This document shows, in pieces, positions 39,301 through 51,300 of a stretch of 64,000 bases of DNA (positions within the stretch are counted from its first letter, which is position 1; each line of letters opens with the position of its first letter). A program made the translations under genes and the position numbers. This DNA comes from Amoebophrya sp. A120 (Eukaryota > Protista > Dinoflagellata). The notes beneath the pieces are model-generated. The model saw only the letters and a program-made list of their open reading frames with translations, had not been told where the DNA came from and made no database searches. The DNA lies in the NCBI GenBank assembly GCA_905178155.1, contig CAJINV010000002.1, positions 2,512,226 through 2,576,225 of the forward strand. Direction: 5' to 3'.

Positions 39301-42300
39301 GATGTGGAGATGAGAGACGGAAGCACAAGCGAGGTAGTTTCCGGCGCTGGTGCGAGGGTACTACTTCTAGAAGGAGGTGGCGCGCCGGGGCCGAGTCAGG
39401 TACAACTATCCGTGGCCGACGTAGTACCTGGGGCACCGTCATCTTCCAAGCAGTCCTCAGTGAAACAGTCCTCCAAACACTCTTCCAAACAAGACTCTGC
39501 TTCTAGACATTCTTCGCAGCAGGGGCAGGAACCAAGCTTGCTCGCCTGGGACAACAGCAGCATCATGATGGTGGACAGCGAGCACAACCATAATGTTAGT
39601 TTTTCCAGCGGCGCCGAAGAACAACTCGCTGCCATCACAGGTGAGAAAAAACCGGCGTTCCAGCCCGCCAGCCCGGACTCCAAATTTTTCTTCAATGTCG
39701 CCAACGCAATCACCGCTGCCATTCAGGCGGGCCTCGATGCCCCGGCTTATCCGGTGGGAGAAGAAGGAAAAGTCGGAGAAATTTTGCATGAAAATAATGA
39801 GATCGAGGAGAACGAGAACAAAGACAAACCACAGTTGGGAACTTCGAACCTGGAAATTTCGCTTGCGTTTGCGAAGGACGAATTGCAGCAGCTGGCGCTG
39901 GTGGCCAAGAGCCCGACATCGACACCACGGAAGAAAAATGACCTACACCGCAGTACAAAAGACCGCGAACAAGAAGAAGTTGAACAATGTTCTTTCTCCA
40001 ACCTAAAATGGTTCCGCAACAAGCAGTTAGAGCAGATGACGCAGAATTTTTTGAAACAGCTCGAAAATGGTCCTGCTCCAGTTGTCGAATATAAAGCAGC
40101 TGCAGCATGGCAAAATGGTGCGAATAATCACAGTGATGATTGGAACATGTGGTATTGGGGAAGTAGCTGGGAAGCTGTTAATAAAGACGAGGAAAAGGAC
40201 GAAGCCGTACAAGAAGACCGGGAGGCCTTGTTGGACGCAGTCCTCCACTTCATCGCGCGCGATGAGCAGGTGGACGCGTGTCTGGAGCAGCTGAAAGTAG
40301 AAGAGAAAAGCTTTCGCGAGGAAAATGAACAGTCGTCACAAATTAGCCACCTGCAACCGGCGGCATCAACAAACGAGTCGTCTTCATCCGCCGCCGCGGC
40401 AAAAGAAGCTAACTGGGCAGCAAAATCTTTAAACGAGGTCACCGCGTTTCTGGTTGTCAACGGCTTCGGACCGGTGGCGGTGTGCTCAACATCTTCTAAT
40501 GAAGAAAAGGACAGTTATGGTGCGGATAGCAGTAGAGAAGAGTCTTTTTTCGTGAACTGGCTGGATAACGAAATTCGGCAGCACGATGAACAGAGCGAAG
40601 TAGAGAAGATGAACAATCAGGCTGTTGCGCGTTCCTCCGGCGCCGAAAAAGACGCCGAAAAAGATGAGAAGGTGCCGGAAGATCTAGAGGAACTTGAAAT
40701 GAACTTGCAGAAGGAGTTGCATTTTTTGCCGAACTTCCTCCGGTACCGCAACATGCGGAACACCACCGTGAAGGAGGGAACCCTGTGGCGGCTCATGTTA
40801 GAAAACTGCCGGGATGCGACGCTGAGGACTCTGCTATCTTGTTCGACGTTCTTGCAAAACGTCGAGACGGAAAAGGATAAAGAAGTGGATCAAACTGGTG
40901 CAGTTCTTGATGACAACAACGACCACAGCGGTAAGGCTGAACAACAAGCCCCGGCGGAGCAGGTTCTCAATACAACTTCCTCCCGACGACCGCCAGCAAT
41001 GTGGACCGTGGACGACATACGGGACTTTGTTGGACAAGAAGCTTTTTTGCAAGAGCTTTGCAATGCTGTCTGCTACGGATTGCAAAAGCAACGTATTCGT
41101 AGAGGTAAAATCGCATTAAAACTTGGCTCAGCGTGCCAAATGGAATTTCTCATGCTATAATTTGCCTCGAGAAAGAGACTTGCCCTGCAAAAGTGCGATA
41201 CTTACTACAACGAGTGCGATACTCTTGCACCGCATATCATCGCACAGACGGAGGTGTTCGACGCTGTGTCCGCTACGAGTAAGTCCGCGGCCATCGTGCG
41301 GCTCAACGAAAAGCACGAGCGGCTTCGGAAGCCGGCCAAGAAGCGGGAGATCAAGCTGCGGTTGATTGCCGTGCTACGGGCGAGGAAGAACCTGTTATCA
41401 ACTGCAAAAATTTCTGGGTCTGGAAGAATGCAAGTTTGTCATGCTTGTCTGGCATGACTCGAGAATCTGTGTTGCATAGGCACGAAAAAGCCCTCTTACC
41501 TGTCATGGAAAAACGCAGTTTGCGATGCGGAATACGTAAGACATGGCAGCCAAAAAATTTGTCATGCATAGATGCGTATTGCAGTGCGTCTATCATTCAT
41601 TTCTAGCATTACAAATTTCCAGACCCAGACATATTTGCATTTGATACCTGTTGCGCAAAAGCAGAAAGATCGAGCGGATGGAGTGCGAGGAGTTCTTTTC
41701 CAAGTTTCACCTCATGGACCCGACGTTTTTTTACACCGAGAAGGAAGTGCCCGCGTATCCTGTGTAAAAACGTCGACGTCCCCGCCGCAGACTTGTCATG
41801 CAAATTTTCAAGAAGAAGATGAAGTTGAAGACTAATAGGTGTTTCTCATGCGGCGTATAGCCCGCGGATGACGTGGAGCTCTGTTCTAATGCTGTCTGGC
41901 AGTTTCTTGTCATGCTAGAAATGATAAAATCAGGCTAAAATGGGCAATTTGTGATGCAGCTGCAGTAGCTCAAGTAGGGCAAGCCCAAACCCAAACTTGG
42001 CATGCGCAACAGCGAGAACTTGCTGGTTTGTGTAGCAAAATTATCCAACCATTGGCTTTCGGATGGGGACGTTTTTCCTCAGGATACGTCCGCCGCGGAA
42101 ATCAGTGCCGCGCCGATACTACGAATTTGAATTGTGTTGTCTGTGTTGGGAACAAATCATAGACTTGCCATGAAGTTTTTACATGTAGTGCACACAAAGC
42201 ATGACAGATAGATTCTGCGGAGGCTTCTCTATGCAGAGTCTGTATGAGAAACGCCCATCTTGGAGACACAGCTCACATAAGTACTTAGTACAGCCTTGTT

Positions 42301-45300
42301 TTCCCTGTTCCGGAAAAATGCGCATCACAAATGTGGGTTCTTCCAGAGGACCCAGACAACATATTTGCAATCCATAGCTGCAGGACTACGGAACGTACAA
42401 GAGGGAATGCCGGAGAATTGTCGACATTCTGGACTTGGATTTGACCAGCACACGGCAACTCCGCAAGCAGGTTCGCGCGTTCGAGACCGGGCCCGCGTTG
42501 GCCGACGCAAACAACTCCGCAAACAACTCCGCAAACAACTCCGCAAATGACAGCTCCGCGCACGACCGGCCGGGTCCGGAAACAGTTCCGCAATCAGCAT
42601 CGCAAACAAACACGACCGGGCCCGAGTCGGCCTACGAGAGGGCGCGCCGACACGAATTCATCCTCAACTGCATGCGGGGAAACGGCGGGAACGGCATGGA
42701 ATACTGGATCGAGTTTCACCGGATAGGTATCGAACGGATAGAAGGTGTTGAACTGCTCGACCAGCGGTTATATACGGTATCCAATTTGTAGTCTTGAAAA
42801 TGTGCTGCAAATAGAACAACACAAAATTAGAATTACAACTACAAAGCGGAACGACAGTAATGCTGTAGATAATTGCCTCGTGTAGTACTTCATACAACTA
42901 ACGAGCTGGTGTAGTTTGCAGATCAAAGTGCATTACGTGGTCCTGCAGGTTAACTGCAAAGATGCTTTCGCTGTGGCGAGAAATAAAAGTTCAACCCTTT
43001 TTTTTTCTCTGCGATATCGGAGGAGACCTTTGTTCTGATGGAAGTGTTCAACGAGATGAAGAAGAACTACAGGGACCCAGCAGTGCGGGCTGCAAAGTAC
43101 TTCATCCCCACCGGACTCCGAAAATTACTGAAGAACATCGACCTGATATGGTGAGAAAAAAGTTTGTCACAGTCACTAACTTGCAGGTTTTGCATTACAA
43201 ATTTTCTCAGCATCACAAACTTTCCTTGTATTGCAGAAACACTAGGGAAATCCCTGATAAAGTTTGGCTGTGATGCATTTTTACGCATGACAAACAATTT
43301 TGTATTGCAAGAATGCGCATGAGTGATCGTGACGCACTTTTTTTCTTTGATACCTGAACAAGGATAGGTTCCGGGACCAGTATATGGATGAGTCAGGATC
43401 GAAATCGCCAAAGTTGAAATGATTTGTCATGCATAATAAAATGCAAGGCGTGAAGCGCCTGTCTTGACGGGATGGCAAGTGAGGCAGATTGTGAGCCTAT
43501 TTAGGGTTTGGGACAGAGCTGCTAAGAGAGCATGACAGAAGCAGGCTTCTGTTCCTAAACAGCATGACAAATTCGATTCCGGTGCTCCGAAAATTTGTCA
43601 TGCGCCGCTTGAAAATTGGGCTTCCGCATGGTATCCATTGTATGCATGACAAATCATTTCAACTTTGTCGTTTTCAAACCTGACGCTTCGATACAGTACG
43701 ATAGGCTTTTCCGTCTTGATGTTGACGGCGTGGTGCCTAGTACAAGAACCCACGACGGTGCGGAAGAAGCGCATGCGACAGACGCGGCTCGGCAGGATCC
43801 GGTTGCAGTGCAGCCGCTGTTTCATTTCATTCCGGACATGCTGGACGACCAAATGGCGCTGGAGGAAATCGAGTGGATTGAACACAGGGGGAGGAAGAAC
43901 GGGAAAGACATGAAAAGGCGTTTGTTTGAAAGAGCCGAGTACCATGCAGTTGCTATGGACCACAACGAACCGGGCAACAGGTCTGCTCTCCTCGACGGGG
44001 CCGCGAACGGGACAAAAACAAAAAGAATGCAACAGAACGGGGAAGAACCACAAGCACTGACGGCGGACGCAAGGGGAATTGTTTTGGAGTCTTTGGAAAG
44101 GCTCGGACGGTCAGATATCTCGATCGAATATGACTATTCCGGTAGAAAACTCCGTTTTGCTAGAGCGGCGATGAACGTGGACTCTTCTTTGGATGAAGAC
44201 AACCGACACAATCGGATGCAAACGAACCCGGCGGGGACATCCAACAGCGGTAGTAATAACAGCAGTTTGATGAATGTGTCGTCCGAGGCAAGTAGTGCAG
44301 TGGACGGGAGTTGCTTGATGCAAGGGGCTCCGGGAAATAATAACGAATCGAGCCTAGTAATGTCTTCGAGCAACCTGCTCCAAGTTCAGCAACCACTGTC
44401 ACAACCTGGATTGATGCCACTGACAAGCTCGGATCCGTCGGGTAACGCGGGTGCTTCGATTTTCGACGTTTTACCCGAAAATTACCTGCCCGCAGATGCA
44501 CAGATAGAGAACACGACATCTTCGGAGGCGCTGGAAGGAAGTGTTTCTGATGGTGGTGTACTACCGGAACTACAAGGCGGGGTCTCCGGTTTTCTTGCAC
44601 AGCAACCTCAGCAAGGTCCTGCTTCCGATCATATGCAACAGGAGCCACCAGCAGTTCTCCTCTCCGCCGCGAACGGGGCCGCTCTCCTGGCGCCGTCGTC
44701 CTCCTCCGCCAGTACCGGCGGCGCACAGAACGCGCCGCCGACGCAAGATCAGGGGGGAAACAGCAACAATCAAACTTCGTCGTCTTCATCGTCCACTGGC
44801 AATCGTGAAAATGTCCTCTCGGGAGGAGCACCGCCGGGCGGCAGTGTCGGTGGTCTCGGGTCCGGCGGCGGTTCGGACGATGGAGATGATCCAGACAAAG
44901 ATCAAGCGATAGTGCTGCGCCAGCTCGACGGAGCTGCGGCGGAGGAAGAGGAGAAAGACGATGATGAGCAGGAAGTAGAGGAAGATCAGCCGGAAGGTTC
45001 TGGTCACCAGCAGATGGTCGATCAACACCAGGTCGACGGGGAGATCGAAAGTGAAAACGCTGCTGAAAATGGTGGAGTTCTAGCCGAGGAGCAGGCCGGC
45101 GCAGCACCACTTTATCTCAACACTAACAATGCGTCAAAATCTTCATCGAGCAGTATACTAAAACACGAAAATTCCTCGTCCCGCAAGCGGGCAGCGGACG
45201 GTAGCGTCGAGTGGAAGACAGACCTCGAACCGTCTGTGGAAATGCACGGCTCCAATGAGCGGTCGATTTCCTTTGAGGTGAAGAGGGCAGTGCCGAAGTC

Positions 45301-48300
45301 AAACCGCGGCCAAGACCACTCACCGTCATCGAAGAAACCGCGGCTGGGCGGCGGTACGGACGACGAAGCACAGGCTCAGCAAGACGTTCCGATTTTAGAA
45401 CAAGAACAGGGGGTTGGTCTTCAAGAACAGCTGGGGCAGATTCCGGTCCTGGCGCAGGCAGCAGATCATGGCCCTCTGACTGCAAGACCTGCTGAAGAAG
45501 CAGTAGGAGCAGGACAACTCTTCCCTGCAGCAGCAGCAGCAGTGCCCGGAGTAGTATTGCCGGAACATGAAGCTGAAGCAGCTGCGGCCGGGAGTAGTCC
45601 GTCCAGCGATTTTAATTTTCTCCCATCGCATTCTTTAGGTTTGCAACCCGCAACATCTTCCTGTCCTCCCCCCGCATCCTCCAGTTGTGACGAGCACGCG
45701 GGGGCTATGACAGTGCACAACTCCCCCTCCCCTTCATTTGTCATGCAAAATACCCCATCCACCCTTTGTCCCTTGACACTGTTCGCATGACAAGATCTGG
45801 TAGCCCAAATAGCACTATACTCCAGTGCAAATTTGTCATGCAAAACCGGCATTCTTGTTAATCAATGCTTGCGTTCTTGCCGTTCATGCTGCACAAATGA
45901 GGGGGAGGGGGAGTTGTGCACTGTTATAGGGGCTACGAGCACTTCGGTGGCTGGTACGGGCGACCAGCCGGCTCAGCAGAACGCTTCCAGTAGTTCTGCG
46001 GGCGAGGGCGCGACGAGCGACGCAGCCTCCAGTCCCCAGTTAGTGCTCCCGACGGCGTCGAGCATGGTCCTTGGCAGCAGTGGGGATCCGGAGCCACCTG
46101 TGGAGGAGGTGCAGATTTTTACGGGGGCGGCAGGAGCGTCATCTTCGTCTTCGTCGTCTTCCGCTCTTTTTTCGCAACCTACGAATGCAGGTCCAGGTGT
46201 CGTTCCATCAGCAGCTGCTGGAGCAAATACAGGTTCGGCCGGATCTCCTGTTCTTTCTGCAGAGTTTTTAGGTGTTCATCTACCAGCACATCTACAGGGA
46301 GGATCTTCCCCGGCGGAGTCAACTACAGTCAGGTTGCTCAGGAAACAGAGCCCCTTTTATAGCGAGTATCGTGCTAATGCTAAAAATCTTGACAAAAATA
46401 AAATTTCTGCGCCGAGCGCAGGCACTGAGAACGATCCGGTCACTTCTTCTCGGGGTCAGCAGGTACCAGGCGAGAGCACTGATGGTCAAAACGATGTGAT
46501 TCCTCCTCATGCCACGGTCGTCGATCTTCCTGAAGCAGAAGATGCTAATCTCGATGATGCTGCCCGTGCGTCTGGAGCTGGTGCGATTTTTCCCCGATCC
46601 GGAGATGCACTTCTTCCATCTCCCCGAAATGCAGCAGCACAAGATCCTCCTCTTCGAGTAGACGATGCTAGTCCTAATCCTGAACTACACCAGCCGGGGG
46701 CGGCGGGTGGAGACGGAGATCGTGAAGCAGCGGTGAGTCATTTGTCCCCAAGGGGTGGCGATGAGCCCCCAGGAACTGTCGCAGACAATAGTGGGAAAGT
46801 GGCGCCGGTCGCTACAGCGGATCACCCAGAGGGAGCAGCACTAGCAGCAGCACCAGGTTTCTTGCCAGTAAAAGGTGCCCTACCAGCCGCGGAAGTGCTT
46901 GTAGAGCAGGTGGGGGAACAAGGAGGTCTTCCATCTTCAGATCCAGACCGGGCGGAAGAAGAAGACGCAGACCTACAGATGAAAGACGAAGAAGCGGAAC
47001 AGCATCTTCAGGCAGGCGATGAAGGTATCAAAGATATAATAACCGCTCATGACGCGCGGGACAGCGTCGCTGACGTACAGGAGGAGGTAGCAGAGAAATC
47101 CCAATCGGCTTCTGAACTGGTGGAAGACAACGACGACGAAAGCATGCACCCAGATTTTGGTGACGAGGAAGCCGAAGATCATCACAACGTAAATCAAGTA
47201 CTTCAGGCTGGTGGTGGAAGGACCAGCGACCGCAGTGCAGAATTGGTTGATCAAAGCAGGAGCTCCGACTGGGACAGTAGCCGGGACAACCGGGACCAGG
47301 GCTCGGCGGACAACTCCCACTTGAACCTGTCCCTTCCCTTCGGCGGAAAGCAAGACCCGCCCCCAGCGAGGCCGAAGGGTGTCGCGCCGCGGCGCTCCGA
47401 TGATGCAGACCCGGCTGTTTCTTCTTTTTCTCTTTCGCAGAACACCAACACTTATCAGCAGTTTAGCGACGTGCTCCTAGGTGGACCTGCATCGAGTCCA
47501 GAGCAGCACCCGGGCAACGCGGCTGGTGTAACCCATGTTTTTCCCCTCGGTTCCAGTCCGAAGTCCAACAACATTATCGTGATGGAAAACTCGCCGCATA
47601 ATCCCGCACTTCCCGCTCTGCAACAGCAGAACCGCCGTTCGGGAAGAGGCTTGTCCGCAGGGAGTGTCCGTTCGGGGCACTATCAACAGGAACGGAACGA
47701 TCGGCAGGAGCAAGAGTCGCCTGCACAAGAGTTGTCGTCTGTAGTACGAAGCAGCCCCCCGCATCCGCGTGGGCTTCCTGCGGGAGAAGTTTCCGGCGGG
47801 AAGGAAATTTCACCCGCGGAGGATTCTGTTTCGGAGCGTGGTGACAGTGATTCAGGGGAAGTAGATTTGCATCAAGACCCCGGTGCTGGAGGTGTGGAGG
47901 AAGAGGAATTTTCAGTTGCCCAGCATGTGATCGAAGAAGACAGGAGCGAAAGTAGTGCGCACCAGGTCGTGCATCCCGGTGATCAGGAGCAGAGCAGCAG
48001 TTCTTCCAAATTCTTTTCGAAAAATTCTAGCTCGAGGGGGCCGCCCGCGCTCTCGCCGGCTGCGGGTAGAAGTAGTAGCAGGCCATCTATTCCCTCCGCG
48101 CCGAGCCAGCTTCGGGATGGACAAGGAGAAGGGCTAGAGCGTAGTAGTCGTGGCTCTTCAGTAGAAGAAGTTGTGGCGCCACGGCAATCAGTACAGCAAG
48201 AACCGTCAGTACCCGGGCAACAATCTGCGTCCTGCTCTGCAAGCCAGTCCGAGGCTGCTGCGTCGCCAGAACTGGGCCGAATTTTTGCTCCACCTTCGCG

Positions 48301-51300
48301 ACCGGAGAGTAGCCTTCCTTCGCAGCTCGATGATTCTTCCCTTTCGCTGCAGAAAAGCGCGCCGGCGTCCTCCCCACCGAGTTTGGCAGATATAGGAGTT
48401 GTACAATCAACGGCAATATTAAATCAGGAAGACCGTCGAGACGACCGGAACCCCGACTCGCAGCGGCGAAGTGGCAGCGGAGGCGAAGGTAGTCTGCTGG
48501 TTCCTGGTGAACCACAGCAGGAAGAACGACGAGCAGCCCAGGAAAGCCGTGAAGACGACCCTTCGCAATTGTCGCACCAGGCATCTTCATCACCACTGCG
48601 GGGGCGGCAAGATGAACCACCGCTAGTTGATGCACCGTCAGCAGCACAGAGCGGCAGTGACAACCGGGCGGAGGAAGAGGAACAGCAGCAGCAAGAATTA
48701 GACCCGCCACGGAACGATGCTTCCGCCATCCCGGCCGACCAAAGTTATGCTTCCGCCATCTCGGCCGAAGCCGAAGAAATAAATGAAGAGGTGGCGGCTC
48801 AAGAACAGCAAGACACGTCTTTCGCCTCTGTGCTCTCTTTAGAAGACGAGGGGGACAGAGGACAGCAACATACCTCCAGCCAGAGATTGGAAGAACAAGA
48901 AGATGAATTTTGCCCCGGTGAAGAAATAGATGAGGAACACAATGGGTCCGCTTTGAGCAGCAAAAAATCAAAATCTTCGCTTGACTCCGACTCTTCTTCC
49001 GGCGGTTTTCGTAACGTAGCTGGGGACGGAAGTGGCGGCGCGGTTCCCCCCGTGGGAGTAGCGCCGCAAGGACAACGACAGCGTCAGGCATCATCAGTCT
49101 TCAACACGAGCGGAGGCCCGGCTTCGCCAGTGCAGCAACCGGCGAAGCTACTGGCAAGTTCGCGTATCCACCGCGAAAATGTTCGGTGCAGTGGGTCCTC
49201 ATCTGGATAAATGTATGCCCGGGCAGTAACAGGCTGGCGAGCCTGTGAGTCCAGGCTGGGGCTGGTCGGGCGGTATTTTATAGACGTCCGCATCCAGCCA
49301 ATTACGGTAGCCAGGACTTGAGATGATCAATGGTGCGAATCTCTTCCCTGAGAGGGTTGAGCTTTGTTTTCCTTTCTCGAGTCTTCAGGGAGTAACGCCC
49401 CTGCCGTTGGTAGTAAGTATGGTCCATCCGCCTAAGGAAAGTCTCTTTTATCCGCTTGTCGGAAAGTCTGGTCTCATCCGCTTTGCGGAAAGTTTGGTTA
49501 TCCGCTTGTCGGAAAGTCACTCTCCATCCGCTTTGCGGACAGTTTGGTTATCCGCTTGTCGGAAAGTCGGGTCTCATCCGCTCTGCGGAAAGTCTCATCG
49601 ATTTTGGATATTCTCGCTCCTACGGGAGGCTACGGGAATACGCATATCATGCGGTCTCGCCTTGCTTTGGGAAGGAGGGTCGTTTGGCACTGGCGGTTCG
49701 AACCCGTTACCCTTGCGAACTTTTTCCCAAGTCGAGGCACTTGGTTCCCTCTGATACTATTGGTAGTAGATCCTCTGATCCCATCGCAACGCGAGGCCGC
49801 GCGGCTACGGATCCAAAAATTATACTCTGCGCCAGCCTTACGGGGCCGGTTGGAGCTTGCATTGCCATTAGTGACTGCGCTTTTGGATCCGTTATTTTGG
49901 TTTGCCTGCGGGCTACTTGGAATTTTCCTGGGTCTCCCCCCTGCTCTTCATTTTCTCGCGTATCCACCGCAAAAATGTTCGGCGCAGTGGGTCCTCATCT
50001 GGATAAAGTGTAATTACACGTACTCGGAACAGCTTACATCTCACAAGTAGAAATGCATTTTTGTGCACTGTGCTGTGCACGTTGTGAGTATTTTCAGGTC
50101 TTCTCGAAAAAAACTTCTTCCTTCCTCGCCTTGAGCGCTAGCCTAAACCCAGTCTGTCATGCTGAGCCCATATATGTGCGGCGACTCTGAAGCCTGTCCT
50201 GTAAGATGCTCGAAGTAAAGTCCATCGCGTTTTGTTTCAACTTTCTAAACTTCACACCATGCACACCACTAAATTCTTCTATCACCACCTGATTTTTTGA
50301 TCAGCATGATAAGCGCAATTTTGCCAATGAACTTCTTTTTCGATCTGTCATGCGATTTTCAAAAAGAGTAAAAAGTAAAATTTGTTGATCACGGATCCGG
50401 GGCGTAAAAAATACCTTCGACTTTTTGATCGATGTTTTTTTAAAACCCCGGTCCGTGATCATAACGAAATCAGGGTGGTGCTACTGTAGTGGTTTCCTTA
50501 AGCTTCGTAAATATCAGTTACTTTCAGTCCTTACTTTTCTTTTTGCATTACCTTCCGAAAAAAACTGTAGCATTACACTTTGCACTTGCGTTGCTGTTCG
50601 AAAAGTTTCATCTTACACGTCTACTATATACCTCTTTCTGGCATTACATTTCTACCAAACCTTCGTGACAATAACTTTTTTAGCATTACAAACCTACTGA
50701 GCCTTTTTAAAAAAACCGTCAATAATTATGGACTGATGTAACTGTTAATTTTTGCAGGACAGACGAAGCTACTCGTGTGAAGTTTCCATCTATAAGAGCT
50801 CATAGTCCACTTTACTTCGAGCTTCCTCCGTTCCTGGTTCTGCTTTGTTGGCGTTTACTACTGTTCTTCCTGTTTCTTTTTGCTGGTTGGTCTTCCCGTG
50901 CTGCTACTGCTCCAGTTGTTGTCTGCTGCGGGTACCGTCCGATCGAGGCAGTGACCGTGAGTGCACGATCACTGCACCCCGAGGGGTGTCCTAGGCCGGT
51001 ATATGCCCCTGGCCCGTGCGTGTCCTCTAGTATTTTACTGCAATGAGCTCCCCCAGGAATTGATAACGGTGAAAAAGCTTCGAGAAATTTATCCGCTCCA
51101 TCTGCTTGTTCCAGAGCGTCAGGATTATTCTTTTCGAAAATCTCACTTTCGTCGCCTTTTTCTTCTCCTGGTGCCAGGCTTCGTCTTCGTCTCTCAAGCT
51201 GGGAAACCGCGCCACCAGTCGCAGCTTCGCCAGGTCTTGCAAATCTTTCTTTTCTCCCGGTATAATTTTTTCCACGTTTCTGAAAAAATACCGCGCTGCT

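Noticed and set aside
48087-49094. Long antisense ORFs (also 44160-45110, 59289-60356, 6519-7316)
   Set aside because: Shadow frames of low-complexity coding exons on the opposite strand.
49165-49211. Hammerhead ribozyme (minus strand CAGATGAG...CCGAAC) marking a Penelope-like repeat
   Set aside because: The core deviates from CUGANGA/GAAA and lacks a clear stem III; the motif is better explained as an introner left TIR matching 51830-51876.
49690-49770. Functional tRNA gene
   Set aside because: Only a B-box-like 11-mer is present; I could not build a convincing cloverleaf.
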